Source: Chloroflexota bacterium
GTDB lineage: Bacteria > Chloroflexota > UBA11872
Direction of reading: 5' to 3'
DNA: 55,058 nucleotides
NCBI GenBank assembly: GCA_047516685.1
Contig: JAKZUJ010000062.1
Location: 1-55,058, forward strand
Shown here: positions 36,504 through 50,929 of the stretch, one piece after another
Numbering within the stretch: position 1 is the stretch's first letter
Layout: each line of letters begins with the position of its first letter
Position numbers and translations under genes: made by a program
Notes under the pieces: generated by a model
Told to the model about the DNA's origin: nothing
The model's database searches: none
Seen by the model: the letters and a program-made list of their open reading frames with translations, nothing else

Positions 36504-38087
36504 ATGCCCGTTCGCTTCACCGCCTACGGCGGGGCCCACGAAATCGGTGGCAATAAGCTCCTGCTCGAGGACGGCGACTGGCAGGCGCTCTTCGATTTCG
36601 GGATGTCGTTCGGTGCGCTCGGCAAGTACTTCGAGGAGTTTCTGAGGCCCCGCACCGTCCGCGGGCTGTCGGACTACCTCTTGGCCGACCTGCTCCCGCC
36701 GCTGGAGGGGCTCTATCGCGACGACTTGAACGCGCTGCCGGAGCACGCCGCGATCTGGAGCCGTCTTCGCGACCGGCCGGCCTACCGCGACGACCTGGAC
36801 CCCCGCGCGGTTCTCCTCAGCCACGCCCACGCCGACCACGTCGGCTACATCTCCCTTCTCCGACCCAACATCCCCGTGGTGACCGGCGCCCTGACTGCCG
36901 TGATTGCCAAGGCCATGCAGGACGGCGGACAGAGCAGCGATGACGGACAAACCGTCTTCTACCGCCCTCGCACGCCCAGGGACGACCTCCTGGTCACCGA
37001 CCCCAAGGCCGCTTATCAGCAACGCCCCTGGGAGATGCTTGCCGGCAACGAATGGACGCCCGACGCGGCTGCCTACTGGGCACGGCGCTATGCCAAGTCA
37101 GGCCCCGAACCCCGTACGTCCGCCGTAGCCACCGGAATCCGCGATGTTGACGGCCACCAGGTCCGCGCGTTTCCTGTTGACCATTCCATCCCCGGAGCCC
37201 ATGGCTTTGCCGTCGAGACCTCGGCCGGCTGGGTGGGATACAGCGGCGACATCCGCATGCATGGCCGCCACGCCGACAAGACCTGGGCCTTCGCCCACGA
37301 ACTGGCCAGGCTCGACCTGGTTGCCCTCATCTGCGAAGGCACCCAGGCCGCCAGGCCGCGCGGCGCCACGGAATCCGACGTACGCGCTCGCGCTGTTGAC
37401 CGCGTCCGGCAGACCCAGGGCCTGGTCGTCGCCGATTTCGGCCCCCGCAACATTGAGCGGTTGGTGATCTTCCTTGCCGCCGCCCACCACGCCGATCGCC
37501 GGCTCGTCGTCCTGATGAAGGACGCGCTGCTCCTCAAGGCCATGCACACCGTCGACTCCGCAACGCCTCTGCCGTCGGCCGCGGCGGGTCTCCTGATCTA
37601 CGACGACCGACGAGCCATGTCCACCGCCTGGCAGGATGAAGTCACGGATGAGTTTGCGGACGCCCTGATCTCTCCGTCCGCCATCCGCGCAGACCCCGGC
37701 TTATACGTCCTTTGCCTCAGCTTCTTCGACGTGACCCGCCTGCTTGACCTCGGCGAAATGTCGTCCGGCGCCTGGATCTACTCCTCCAGCGAGCCTTACG
37801 ACGAAGAATCTCAGCTCGATATGCGGCGCCTGCGCAACTGGACGAACCTCCTGGGGCTGGATTTTGTCGGCGGCGCGTCGGAATCCGAGGCCGAAGCCGC
37901 CGGCTTCCACGCCTCTGGCCACGCCAGCGGCCCCGACCTTCAGCGCTTCATCCAGATCGCAAACCCGCGCGCGCTGATCCCTGTTCACCTCCAGGCAGAT
38001 GGCATGAATTTCTACCGCCAGGCCTTCCTCAATTCGTCCATTCAGGTCCTCGAAACGCGCTGGGGAGAGCCGTTGATCATTGGCTAA
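36504..38087 (+). CDS. MBL-fold beta-CASP hydrolase, RNase J-like
   Basis: EIGGNK, DFG, SHAHADH, DHS, SGD, EGT, HASGHA, PVH. Confidence 0.88.
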   Translation: MPVRFTAYGGAHEIGGNKLLLEDGDWQALFDFGMSFGALGKYFEEFLRPRTVRGLSDYLLADLLPPLEGLYRDDLNALPEHAAIWSRLRDRPAYRDDLDPRAVLLSHAHADHVGYISLLRPNIPVVTGALTAVIAKAMQDGGQSSDDGQTVFYRPRTPRDDLLVTDPKAAYQQRPWEMLAGNEWTPDAAAYWARRYAKSGPEPRTSAVATGIRDVDGHQVRAFPVDHSIPGAHGFAVETSAGWVGYSGDIRMHGRHADKTWAFAHELARLDLVALICEGTQAARPRGATESDVRARAVDRVRQTQGLVVADFGPRNIERLVIFLAAAHHADRRLVVLMKDALLLKAMHTVDSATPLPSAAAGLLIYDDRRAMSTAWQDEVTDEFADALISPSAIRADPGLYVLCLSFFDVTRLLDLGEMSSGAWIYSSSEPYDEESQLDMRRLRNWTNLLGLDFVGGASESEAEAAGFHASGHASGPDLQRFIQIANPRALIPVHLQADGMNFYRQAFLNSSIQVLETRWGEPLIIG

Positions 38088-38160
38088 GGCCAACGAGCTA
38101 TTGACGGGGCAGGCCCCCGCGCCCCACCATCGACCAAACCGCCACCCAAACCCAAGGCTG

Positions 38161-38955
38161 ATGTCACGCCGCGTCATTGACTGCACCAAGGTTCTTCGGC
38201 ATGGCGCCGCCGCGGGCTTTACCGCCCGCGAGTTCGAGCGCGCCGGCGAGCCCCAAACGCTGGTTCACCGAATCGAAATGGACGCCGACATCGGCACCCA
38301 CGTCCTGGCCCCGCGTCGCTACGCCCGCTGGGGATCCGACTTGGCAGACCTGGCCCCTGAGTCGTTCTTCGGCGAAGGCCTCGTCGCGCACATCGAAGTC
38401 ACCGCCGACGCGCCCGACATTGACTCCAACCGTCTTGAAGACGCCTGTGGCCGCGACCTCCACAGCCGCGACATCGTCGTCATCGCCGCGCACGGCGAGG
38501 GCGTCGTCCCCTGCTTCACGGCCCAGGCCGCCCAATGGCTGTTTGTCCGTGGAGCCAAGCTGGTGGCGCTGGCGGACGGCGTCTGCGTTGGACGCGAAGA
38601 GGATCCCAACGACGAGCGCGTAATCCTTAGCACCCTGCTCGAAACCGATGTCCCCGTTGTGCGCGGACTCGTCAAGACCGACCAGCTCAGCACCGAGCGC
38701 ATGGCCTTCATGGCCCTCCCCGCGCCCGCCGCCGACGTCACCGCCTGGCCCGTTCGCTTCATCGCGCTCGACCCCGGCCTCGCTCCCGCCCCTGAAGCCT
38801 CATCCGAGGATGCCGACGCAGACGAAACCGAAGCCACCGACGAGCTGGCGGACCCCGAAACCGCCGACGACCCGGCCGACGACGCGGCCGGCGCCGCGCC
38901 CGTGGCATCGACGGAACCGACCGAACCAACCGAACCAACCGAACCAACCGAACAA
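38161..38955 (+). CDS. Cyclase (kynurenine formamidase)-like protein with degenerate metal site and acidic tail; 3' end apparently truncated
   Basis: GTHVLAP, AAQWL, ALP...PVRFIA fold motifs. No stop before the junction; the frame runs on 470 nt antisense into parC. Confidence 0.7.
38911..38955. repeat. Five 9-bp tandem repeats (ACCGAACCA, encoding TEP)
   Basis: ACGGAACCG ACCGAACCA ACCGAACCA ACCGAACCA ACCGAACAA. Confidence 0.95.
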
Positions 38956-39016
38956 TTTGCTCATCCTCACTACCTCCAAGGCCATGCACACTACCGATGT
39001 ACCGGCCAACCAACGA

Positions 39017-41260
39017 TCACGATGTCCGCGATTCTGCATCCAGCGCGTCCACTTTGCGATAGCCACGGGGCAAGACGAGCCCGCGGCTCCCTCGCGGTCC
39101 GATGTACTTGCGCAAGGCGATCGGTCGCAGCCGCATGTACCTCTGACCGGAATCAACTCTCACCAGCTGGCGCTTGGCGAACGCACATACAGCCACCAGG
39201 TGCAGGCCCTCGCCAGCGGGCAACCCGAGAATCTTGTTACCCCGCCCCCGCGCCAGCTCCGGGAGTTCATCCAGGGGGAACGCAAGCAACCGCCCGTCGC
39301 TGGACACGGCCGCGAGATATTCCTGTTCCGGCTCGATCTTCACTGCCGGCAAGACATCGCCACCCCCGGGAACGCTCAGCACCGCCTTGCCGGCCTTGGT
39401 CCGGGAGTGCAGGTCGCTCAGTTTCACGACAAAACCATAGCCGGCCGTGGTGGCGAGCACCCAGCGGTCCTCGGGGTCGCCGATGAGTACCGTCTTGAAA
39501 CTCGAACCGTCGGGCGGATTGAGCCGTCCGGAGAGCGGCTCGCCCTGCCCCCGGGCCGAGTGCAGCGTGTGGGCCGGCAGGCTGTACGCGCGGCCCGTAC
39601 TGTCCAGAAATACCGCCAGTTGATTGCTGCGGCCCTTGACAGCGGCGAGGAACCCGTCCCCTGAACGGTAGTTCAGCGCCGTGGGGTCCACCTCATGCCC
39701 CTTGGCCGCCCAAACCCAGCCGTGCTCGGAAAGCACCACCGTAACCGGCCCGCTGGCGACCAGATCCGACTCGCTGATGACCTGGGCCGCGTCCTGTTCC
39801 TCGACCCTGGTGCGCCGCGGGTCGCCGTGTTCCTTGGCCAGTGCCGATAACTCGTCCTTGATCAGTGTCGTTAATCGGTCGCGAGATCCCAGAGTCTCCT
39901 CCAGGGCGGCGCGTTGTTCCGCCAGCGTGGTCTGCTCGCCGCGAATCCTGACCTCCTCAAGCCTCGCCAGGTGGCGCAACCGCAACTCCAGCACCGCTTC
40001 GGCCTGCGCATCGCTGAGCTGAAACCGGGCCATCAGCACCGGCTTCGGCTTGTCCTCGGTGCGAATGATCTCGATGACTTCGTCGATGTTGAGATAGGCT
40101 GTCAGCAAGCCATCGAGGATGTGCAGGCGCTGTGTGACGCGTTCGAGCCGGTGGTGAAGCCGCCGTTTGACCGTATCGGTGCGGAACTTGAGCCACGCTC
40201 CAAGCAGACCCTTGAGTCCGAACACGGCTGGCAGGCCATCCAGTCCGATGACGTTGATATTTACCCGCACGGTCCGTTGCAGGTCGGTCGTCGCGAACAG
40301 ATGCCCCATGAGCGGTTCGATGTCGACGCGGCTGGAGCGGGGCACGAGGACAAGTCGCGTTGGATTCTCATGGTCCGATTCGTCGCGAAGATCCTCCATC
40401 ATGGGGAGCTTCTTCGCGCGCATCTGCGCGGCAATCTGTTCCAGCACCTTGGCCCCGGACACCTGGAAGGGCAGTTCCGTAATGACGATATCGCCGTCCT
40501 GCACCTCGTACCGGGCGCGCAGCTTCACTCCACCCGTACCGGTACGATAGATCGCGGCGATGTCTGCGGGCGGCGAAATCAACACGCCGCCGGTGGGGAA
40601 ATCCGGGCCCTTGATGTGCCGCATGAGCTGGTCAGTGGTGGTTTCCGGGTGATCGAGCAACCTGATCAAGGCGGCCGCGACCTCACGAAGATTGTGCGGC
40701 GGCACGTCCGTGGACATGCCCACGGCGATGCCGCTCGTTCCGTTCAACAGCAGATTCGGGAGCTTCGCCGGCAGCAGCGTGGGTTCGCGGAGCGTGCCGT
40801 CGAAATTTGGCGCCCAATCCACGGTGCCCTGATCCAGTTCCGCGAGCAGTACCTGCGCATAGCGGGTGAGGCGCGCTTCGGTGTAGCGCATGGCTGCGAA
40901 CGACTTGGGATCGTCCTGGGAACCCCAATTGCCGTGTCCGTCGACGATGGGATGGCGGCAGGCAAACGGCTGGGCCATGTGCACCATGGCTTCGTAGCAG
41001 GCCGAATCGCCGTGGGGATGAAATTTGCCGATGACGTCGCCCACGGCCCGCGCCGCTTTCTTGGGCTTGGACGACGCGGACATCCCGAGATCGCTCATGG
41101 CGTAGACGATGCGGCGCTGCACCGGTTTGAGGCCGTCGCCGATGTGCGGCAGCGCCCGGTCCAGGATCACGTACATGGAGTAGTCCAGGTACGCTTTCTC
41201 CGAAAATTCCGCCAGCGGGACCCGTTCGATCCCCTCGAAATTCAATTCCTGTTCAAGCAT
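39017..41260 (-). CDS. parC: DNA topoisomerase IV subunit A
   Basis: [52 protein letters not shown] (gammaproteobacterial type). Confidence 0.97.
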   Translation of the reverse strand: MLEQELNFEGIERVPLAEFSEKAYLDYSMYVILDRALPHIGDGLKPVQRRIVYAMSDLGMSASSKPKKAARAVGDVIGKFHPHGDSACYEAMVHMAQPFACRHPIVDGHGNWGSQDDPKSFAAMRYTEARLTRYAQVLLAELDQGTVDWAPNFDGTLREPTLLPAKLPNLLLNGTSGIAVGMSTDVPPHNLREVAAALIRLLDHPETTTDQLMRHIKGPDFPTGGVLISPPADIAAIYRTGTGGVKLRARYEVQDGDIVITELPFQVSGAKVLEQIAAQMRAKKLPMMEDLRDESDHENPTRLVLVPRSSRVDIEPLMGHLFATTDLQRTVRVNINVIGLDGLPAVFGLKGLLGAWLKFRTDTVKRRLHHRLERVTQRLHILDGLLTAYLNIDEVIEIIRTEDKPKPVLMARFQLSDAQAEAVLELRLRHLARLEEVRIRGEQTTLAEQRAALEETLGSRDRLTTLIKDELSALAKEHGDPRRTRVEEQDAAQVISESDLVASGPVTVVLSEHGWVWAAKGHEVDPTALNYRSGDGFLAAVKGRSNQLAVFLDSTGRAYSLPAHTLHSARGQGEPLSGRLNPPDGSSFKTVLIGDPEDRWVLATTAGYGFVVKLSDLHSRTKAGKAVLSVPGGGDVLPAVKIEPEQEYLAAVSSDGRLLAFPLDELPELARGRGNKILGLPAGEGLHLVAVCAFAKRQLVRVDSGQRYMRLRPIALRKYIGPRGSRGLVLPRGYRKVDALDAESRTS

Positions 41261-41332
41261 CGACTCATCCTCGTTTGGCTCGCACGCCTGTCCGCATTCG
41301 GCCTCGTATCGGCGGGGGTTGACATCGGTGCG

Positions 41333-43345
<2,013 letters not shown>

Positions 43346-43369
43346 TCAGGGGCCCCGGGGTCGAAGCAA

Positions 43370-44272
43370 TCACAGCGTATCAGTCAGTTCGCGTAGCGTT
43401 TCCGCCAACAACTGGAAGTCCTCGGTTTTCAACGACGTCTGGCGCCAAGCCAAGCCAATCTGGCGGGAAGCGGGCACCCCAAGCCGTGCGAGTGAGATAC
43501 CCGTCCCCTGGGTGATATTGGCGTCGACCGCTAGCCGCGGTATGAGAGTGACGCCAATACCCGCCGCAACCATTTGTACCAGCGTCTGCAAACTACTGGC
43601 CTCGAACTGTGCCCGCGCCCTCCTGTCGCCCATTCCGCAGACGTCCAGCGTGTGACCGCGCAGACAGTGACCTTCCTCCAGCAGCATGAGGTGTTCGCCC
43701 GCAAGCGCTTCGAGCGAAACCTCGTCGGCGCCGGCGAGCGCGTGATTCCGGTTGCAGGCGAACAGAAACTCATCTTCCATGACCACATCGACGCTGAGGT
43801 CCTCGGTATCGTAAGGCAGCGCAATCAAGGCGGCGTCCAGCTCGCCATCTTCCAGCCGGGCGAGTAGCGGGGCCGTCTGCTCCTCTCTCAGGTAGATCGT
43901 CAACTCCGGGAATCGCTCCCTCAGCACCGGAAAGACGCGCGGCAGGACGAATGGGCTGATCGTCGGGATGACCCCGAGGCGCATCTCGCCCGTCATCGGA
44001 GAGCGAGCGGCCCTGGCCACCTCCATGACCTCTGCAGCTTCCCGCAATACCGCCTTTGCTCTCTCGGCAATCTGCACGCCGACACGCGTCATCAGCACAT
44101 GCCGGTTCGATCGTTCCGCGACCGCCGTTCCGAGCACCGACTCGAGATCGCGAATGCCCGCACTCAGTGTCGATTGGGTGATATGGCAACGCTGTGCCGC
44201 ACGGCCAAAGTGTTGCGTGTCAGCCAGCGCCACCAGGTATTGAAGTTGTTTCATCGTGGGCAAGCGCTTCAT
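43370..44272 (-). CDS. oxyR: H2O2-sensing LysR regulator OxyR
   Basis: LysR HTH; LEEGHCLRGHTLDVC keeps both redox cysteines; divergent from katG. Confidence 0.93.
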   Translation of the reverse strand: MKRLPTMKQLQYLVALADTQHFGRAAQRCHITQSTLSAGIRDLESVLGTAVAERSNRHVLMTRVGVQIAERAKAVLREAAEVMEVARAARSPMTGEMRLGVIPTISPFVLPRVFPVLRERFPELTIYLREEQTAPLLARLEDGELDAALIALPYDTEDLSVDVVMEDEFLFACNRNHALAGADEVSLEALAGEHLMLLEEGHCLRGHTLDVCGMGDRRARAQFEASSLQTLVQMVAAGIGVTLIPRLAVDANITQGTGISLARLGVPASRQIGLAWRQTSLKTEDFQLLAETLRELTDTL

Positions 44273-44290
44273 CGGATGGTTCCAGGTTGG

Positions 44291-44332
44291 AATATATGGA
44301 AAATACGATTATTACATTCGATATTAATCGTT
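44291..44332. promoter_or_regulatory. Probable OxyR operator and divergent promoter region
   Basis: AT-rich tract ATATATGGAAAATACGATTATTACATTCGATATTAATCG between oxyR and katG, with loosely spaced ATnG/CGAT tetramers. Confidence 0.5.
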
Positions 44333-44432
44333 GTACACGACGACTTGCATCTTCTACGCTCACCGTGAACAGTCGAGTCGGCTGTCGTCAGGACAAAGTG
44401 CTTTCCACGGAACTCGCCATGGCCGTCGATGA

Positions 44433-46643
<2,211 letters not shown>

Positions 46644-46652
46644 CCTCATTGG

Positions 46653-46687
46653 GGAAGGTCCTCGACTGGACATGTTGAGGACCTTCC
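46653..46687 (+). terminator. Stem-loop after katG
   Basis: GGAAGGTCCTCGAC-TGGACAT-GTTGAGGACCTTCC: 14-bp stem with one GU pair, no clear U-tract. Confidence 0.6.
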
Positions 46688-46887
46688 TGACCTGATTCCC
46701 GAAAACTCGATGACTTCGTGAACCGAGAACCGGGGCCCGTGCCGCACGGGCGCCAGTGACGGCGCGCACCATCCGCTGACAGGGAAATGATCCATTCATC
46801 TCGCCTGTGCGACATCTTCGCTCCCTGCGTTTGACCCCTGTGACGGCGCTGTGTACGGTGAGCCGTCCCGATGAGGAGACTCAATCC

Positions 46888-47127
46888 ATGACGGCGGAAC
46901 AAGGCGTTGCCGGGCTCGAGAAATCGCTCGAAGAACTGGAAGCATTGCTCAAGGAACTGGAGAGCGGCGAACTGTCCCTGGAGGCAGCGCTGGAGCGTTT
47001 CGAACGGGGTGTCAAGCTGACGCGGCAGTGCCAGCAGGCGTTGCGTACCGCGGAGCAAAAGGTGGAGATCCTGTTACGCAAGACGCCGGATGGCGAACCC
47101 GAACCCTTCGACAACCCCGCCGACTGA
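46888..47127 (+). CDS. xseB: Exodeoxyribonuclease VII small subunit
   Basis: LEELE...LESGELSLE..LERFERGV.L...CQ..L..AEQKV; GAGGAG RBS. Confidence 0.95.
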   Translation: MTAEQGVAGLEKSLEELEALLKELESGELSLEAALERFERGVKLTRQCQQALRTAEQKVEILLRKTPDGEPEPFDNPAD

Positions 47128-47291
47128 CACCGGTCCGCCTTTCTCACCAATGAGCGCGCGGGGACAGACTTGCTCGTTTCCCTGTCTTGTTCTTCTCGGT
47201 GTTGGTTGACCAAACCAGTCGTTGGGCATTGATTGCGGGTCTTGGGAAAACGCACCCACCGGCGCGCTTTGGTGAGGCGAGCGAGCTTGAC

Positions 47292-47771
47292 CTATGCAAC
47301 GACCGTGCGCACGAGCAACAGGCACGCTACTGTGAGACCCGCCGCCGCCAGGTCATCGAGCATGATGCCGATCCCGCCGCCCACGCGCCGGTCCAGGTAT
47401 CCGATGGGCCACGGTTTGACGATATCGAAGACCCGAAACAGGGCAAAGGCGGCCGCCCACCATGGAAATTGCGGTGGAAGAACGAGCGTGACGGCCAGGA
47501 AACCGACGATTTCGTCCCAGACGATTGCCGAATGGTCGTGCTCCCCAAGCCGCCGGGCGCTCTCCCCGCAAATCCAGATACCGGCTAGCGCCAGGGCTGC
47601 CACAAGCGCGTATCGAACCGTTGCGGGAAGAGGCACTAGCCACCAACCCGCGATCGCCGCCAGGAGCGTTGCAGCCGTCCCCGGGGCTCTGGGCGCCAAT
47701 CCGACACCGAAGCCCAGGGCGAGCAGATGGACCGGTTGCCTCAGCAAGGCGAATGCCGGGACCGCGCTCAC
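47292..47771 (-). CDS. pgpA: Phosphatidylglycerophosphatase A
   Basis: GFGVGLAPRAPGT, HDHSAIVWDE, FRVFDIVKPWPI, GIMLDD. Confidence 0.96.
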   Translation of the reverse strand: MSAVPAFALLRQPVHLLALGFGVGLAPRAPGTAATLLAAIAGWWLVPLPATVRYALVAALALAGIWICGESARRLGEHDHSAIVWDEIVGFLAVTLVLPPQFPWWAAAFALFRVFDIVKPWPIGYLDRRVGGGIGIMLDDLAAAGLTVACLLLVRTVVA

Positions 47772-48823
47772 TCGCTGTCGCGACCCGCGCGTTGCGCCGC
47801 GCCCCGACGCGGGGCCTTGGGGTCGCCGAGCCCATCGCCGAAGTGCGAATAACCTGCCCCCGATGGCGGCGACACAGGTTTACCGCGGCGCCGGCATTGC
47901 ACCCCGTCACCGGCGGTGAGCCGCCCGATGCGCCGCGCCGCCGTTCCGCTCCCCGACAGCGACTGCCGGATGGCTTCCCGGTGCGCCGGCGGCGCCGTAA
48001 AGCAGAGTTCATAGTCGTCACCGCCGCTCAAGGCCCAGGCCTCTACCGTGGCCGCCGGGAACAAGGCGCGCGCCTCGGCGGAAATCGGCAAACGCTCCAA
48101 ATCGATCGCAGCCGCGCATCCGCTGGCCCGGCAGAGATGACCCACGTCGGCGAGCAGACCATCGGAGACGTCGATCGCTGAACTTGCAAGGGTTCGCAAG
48201 GCAAGCCCCGCCTCGACGCGTGGCGTCGGCTTGAGAAACCGGGTCCGCAGTGCCTCGTGGGCCGCGCTCGTACCCGCTTGCGCTTGCGCGACCAGGGCGA
48301 GCCCGGCGGCGCCATCCCCCAGGGACCCGGTGACGTAGACGTCATCACCCTCGTGGCCGCCTCCACGCGTGAGCATGTGCTCCCTGTCGACATCGCCGAT
48401 CAGATGCACGGTCACCGTCAACGGCCCACGAGTCGTATCGCCGCCCACGAGATCCACTCCATGGGTCTCGGCGAGCGCGAAAAACCCCAGTGAAAATGCT
48501 TCCAACCAGCGGTGATCCACGCCGGGCAGCGTCAGCGCCAGCGTGCACCATCGCGGTTCCGCCCCCATCGCCGCAAGATCGCTCAGGTTTACCGCGAGCG
48601 CTCGATGACCCACGGAATCCCCCTCGAGGCCCGCGGGGAAATGGACCCCCGAGACCAACGTGTCGGTCGCGATGGCCATGGCGCCGATGGCGTCGACTAC
48701 CGCAGCGTCGTCGCCAATTCCGAGGACGACTCGAGGGTCTTCGCAACCGCGGGCGAAGTACCGCTCGATGAGCTGAAACTCGTCCGGATTCAACCGTTCG
48801 GGGTCAGACGCCACGACTTTCAA
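47768..48823 (-). CDS. thiL: Thiamine-monophosphate kinase
   Basis: EFQLI, GIGDDAA, NLSDLAAMG, GGDT, DVSDGL, GGDDYEL. Confidence 0.96.
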   Translation of the reverse strand: MKVVASDPERLNPDEFQLIERYFARGCEDPRVVLGIGDDAAVVDAIGAMAIATDTLVSGVHFPAGLEGDSVGHRALAVNLSDLAAMGAEPRWCTLALTLPGVDHRWLEAFSLGFFALAETHGVDLVGGDTTRGPLTVTVHLIGDVDREHMLTRGGGHEGDDVYVTGSLGDGAAGLALVAQAQAGTSAAHEALRTRFLKPTPRVEAGLALRTLASSAIDVSDGLLADVGHLCRASGCAAAIDLERLPISAEARALFPAATVEAWALSGGDDYELCFTAPPAHREAIRQSLSGSGTAARRIGRLTAGDGVQCRRRGKPVSPPSGAGYSHFGDGLGDPKAPRRGAAQRAGRDSE

Positions 48824-49247
48824 CGCGTTTCGCCGCGCGGTCCAGAACCGCGTTCACGAATCGGAAGCAATCCGTCGGGCCGTAGCGCTTCGCCAGTTCC
48901 ACGGCTTCGTTGATGATGACCTTGGTCGGGACATCGCCGCGGTGATGCAACTCGGCCATACCCAGCCACAGCACGGCTCGGCTGATGGGGTCCATGTGCT
49001 CCACGACCCGGTCCGCCTGTGCGGCAATCTGCCGGTCCAGTGACTCGGCATGTCGCAGCACCACCGCCAGAATCTCCCGGAAGTACTCCTGGTCCGCCGT
49101 CGCGTATTCGGGCATTTCGGCAAATTGCCGGCGCAATTCCACTTCGCTGTGGTCGGCAAGCTGCCACTGGTAGAGCACCTTGACGAGCAACTCCCGCGCG
49201 CCACGCCGGGCACGGATCGCCGACGTTTCTCCAGCCAGACTGCTCAC
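48804..49247 (-). CDS. nusB: Transcription antitermination factor NusB
   Basis: RRGARE..V..LYQW, VPTKVIINEAVELAKRYG, FVNAVLD. Confidence 0.95.
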   Translation of the reverse strand: MSSLAGETSAIRARRGARELLVKVLYQWQLADHSEVELRRQFAEMPEYATADQEYFREILAVVLRHAESLDRQIAAQADRVVEHMDPISRAVLWLGMAELHHRGDVPTKVIINEAVELAKRYGPTDCFRFVNAVLDRAAKRVESRGV

Positions 49248-49289
49248 CAATCTTCTACCGCGGCCGCAGGGCCGCTCGTGGCCAGCGCA

Positions 49290-49769
49290 TCAACGCGCCA
49301 GCCGCCGCAGCAGATTCGCCATTTCGATGACCGCAAGTGCCGACTCCACGCCCTTGTTGCTCGCTTCCGGCCCGGCTCGTTCCATGGCTTGCTCGATGGT
49401 GTCCACCGTGAGAACGCCGAATCCCACCGCAACCTGGTGGGCCAGGCTCACATGGGTCACGCCGCGGCTGGCCTCGCCCGCCACGTAGTCGAAATGGGGT
49501 GTGGCGCCACGGATGACGCATCCGAGCGCGAGCAGCGCGTCGTAGCGCTTGCTTGCCGCGAGTTGGTTGAGCGCCAGGGGAATCTCGAAAGCGCCAGGCA
49601 CACGAATCACATCGATATCCGCCGGGTCGGCGCCGGACTCGATCAACGTGCCAACGGCGGCGTCCAGCAGCCGGTCCACGATGCAGTCGTTGAATCGGGA
49701 GGCGGCAATCCCGAAACGAAGCCCCTTGGCACCGAGTTCGCCCGATACCTGTTTGACCCGATCGTCCAT
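49290..49769 (-). CDS. ribH: 6,7-dimethyl-8-ribityllumazine synthase
   Basis: SRFN, VPGAFEIP, LGCVIRGATPHFDYV, FGVLT, NKG. Confidence 0.97.
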   Translation of the reverse strand: MDDRVKQVSGELGAKGLRFGIAASRFNDCIVDRLLDAAVGTLIESGADPADIDVIRVPGAFEIPLALNQLAASKRYDALLALGCVIRGATPHFDYVAGEASRGVTHVSLAHQVAVGFGVLTVDTIEQAMERAGPEASNKGVESALAVIEMANLLRRLAR

Positions 49770-49774
49770 GAAAC

Positions 49775-50929
49775 TTACCCGGCTGCCTCGTCGTCGGACA
49801 CGTACTCCACCACCTCCAGACCGAATCCGGAGATGGCCTGCATCTGCTTGGGCGCACTCAGCACGCGCATGCGTCTTACGCCCAACGCCCGGAGAATTTG
49901 CGCACCGATTCCATACGTCCTCAGTTCGCTGGCCCGGTCGCGGGGAATCACCCGGTCGTCCTCGCCGAGCTGGAGCTCGCGGACCGCTTTCATCAAGTCC
50001 CTGGGGAGCTCGGTCTGGCGAAGTATGACGATCACGCCACATCCCTGTGCGGCGATCAACTCGATCGTGCTGCGCAGCGGCCAACCCAGACGGCTGTCCT
50101 GAATGCCAACCACATCGCTCAAGGTATCCTGCACGTGCACGCGGACCAATGTGGGGGTGCCGGGCTCAGGCTTCCCGCGCACCAGCGCCAGGTGCACGGT
50201 CTTGTTGATATGGTCCTCCATGCAAACCACGCGGAAGGGTCCGAATTCGGTTTCCACTTCGAGGTCGGCGATGGCTTCCACGGTTTCTTCTTTCGCCAGC
50301 CGGTAGCTGATCAGGTCCGCGATGGTGCCGATCTTCAGCCCATGCCGGTGGGCGAAGCGCTGCAGATCGTCCCGCCGCGCCATCGAGCCGTCTTCGTTGA
50401 GGATTTCGACGATCATGGCGGCGGGCTCCAGTCCGGCCAGCCGTGCCAGATCGCATCCGGCCTCGGTATGCCCCGCGCGCGTGAGCACGCCGCCCGGCTG
50501 GGCGCGCAGCGGGAACACGTGGCCGGGCTGCTGCAGATCCTCGGGCTTCGCATCCGGCGCCACCGCCGCACGAATGGTACGCGCCCGGTCGTGGGCGGAG
50601 ATTCCCGTGGTGATCCCTTCGGCGGCTTCGATCGACACCGTAAAGTTCGTACCGCGAAGCCGCTCGGTCTCGCTGACCATGAGCGGCAACCGCAATTGCT
50701 CGCAGCGTTCCCCGGTGAGCGTCAGGCAGATCAGACCCCGGCCGTAGCGCGCCATGAAATTGACATCGGCCGCGCGCGCCTTGCTGGCGGCCATGATCAG
50801 GTCGCCTTCGTTCTCCCGGTCCTCGTCGTCCATGACGATGACCATCTTGCCGGCGCGCAGATCGGCGATGATCTCTTCGGTCGTGTTCAGCCCGCCGAGG
50901 GCGGGGGTCGCCGGTGATAGCGTGACCAT
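49775..50929 (-). CDS. ribB: DHBP synthase fused to a degenerate GTP cyclohydrolase II-like domain (RibBX type)
   Basis: DDEDRENEGD, PGHVFPL, RAGHTEA. The C-terminal domain has RVHVQDT without the Zn cysteines. Confidence 0.93.
   Translation of the reverse strand: MVTLSPATPALGGLNTTEEIIADLRAGKMVIVMDDEDRENEGDLIMAASKARAADVNFMARYGRGLICLTLTGERCEQLRLPLMVSETERLRGTNFTVSIEAAEGITTGISAHDRARTIRAAVAPDAKPEDLQQPGHVFPLRAQPGGVLTRAGHTEAGCDLARLAGLEPAAMIVEILNEDGSMARRDDLQRFAHRHGLKIGTIADLISYRLAKEETVEAIADLEVETEFGPFRVVCMEDHINKTVHLALVRGKPEPGTPTLVRVHVQDTLSDVVGIQDSRLGWPLRSTIELIAAQGCGVIVILRQTELPRDLMKAVRELQLGEDDRVIPRDRASELRTYGIGAQILRALGVRRMRVLSAPKQMQAISGFGLEVVEYVSDDEAAG

Noticed and set aside
38956-39486. C-terminal extension of the 38080-39486 ORF
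   Set aside because: Read-through across the junction into antisense parC; not a credible protein sequence.
40990-41020. Quinolone-resistance change in ParC
   Set aside because: HGDSACYE has the wild-type Ser80 and Glu84 equivalents.
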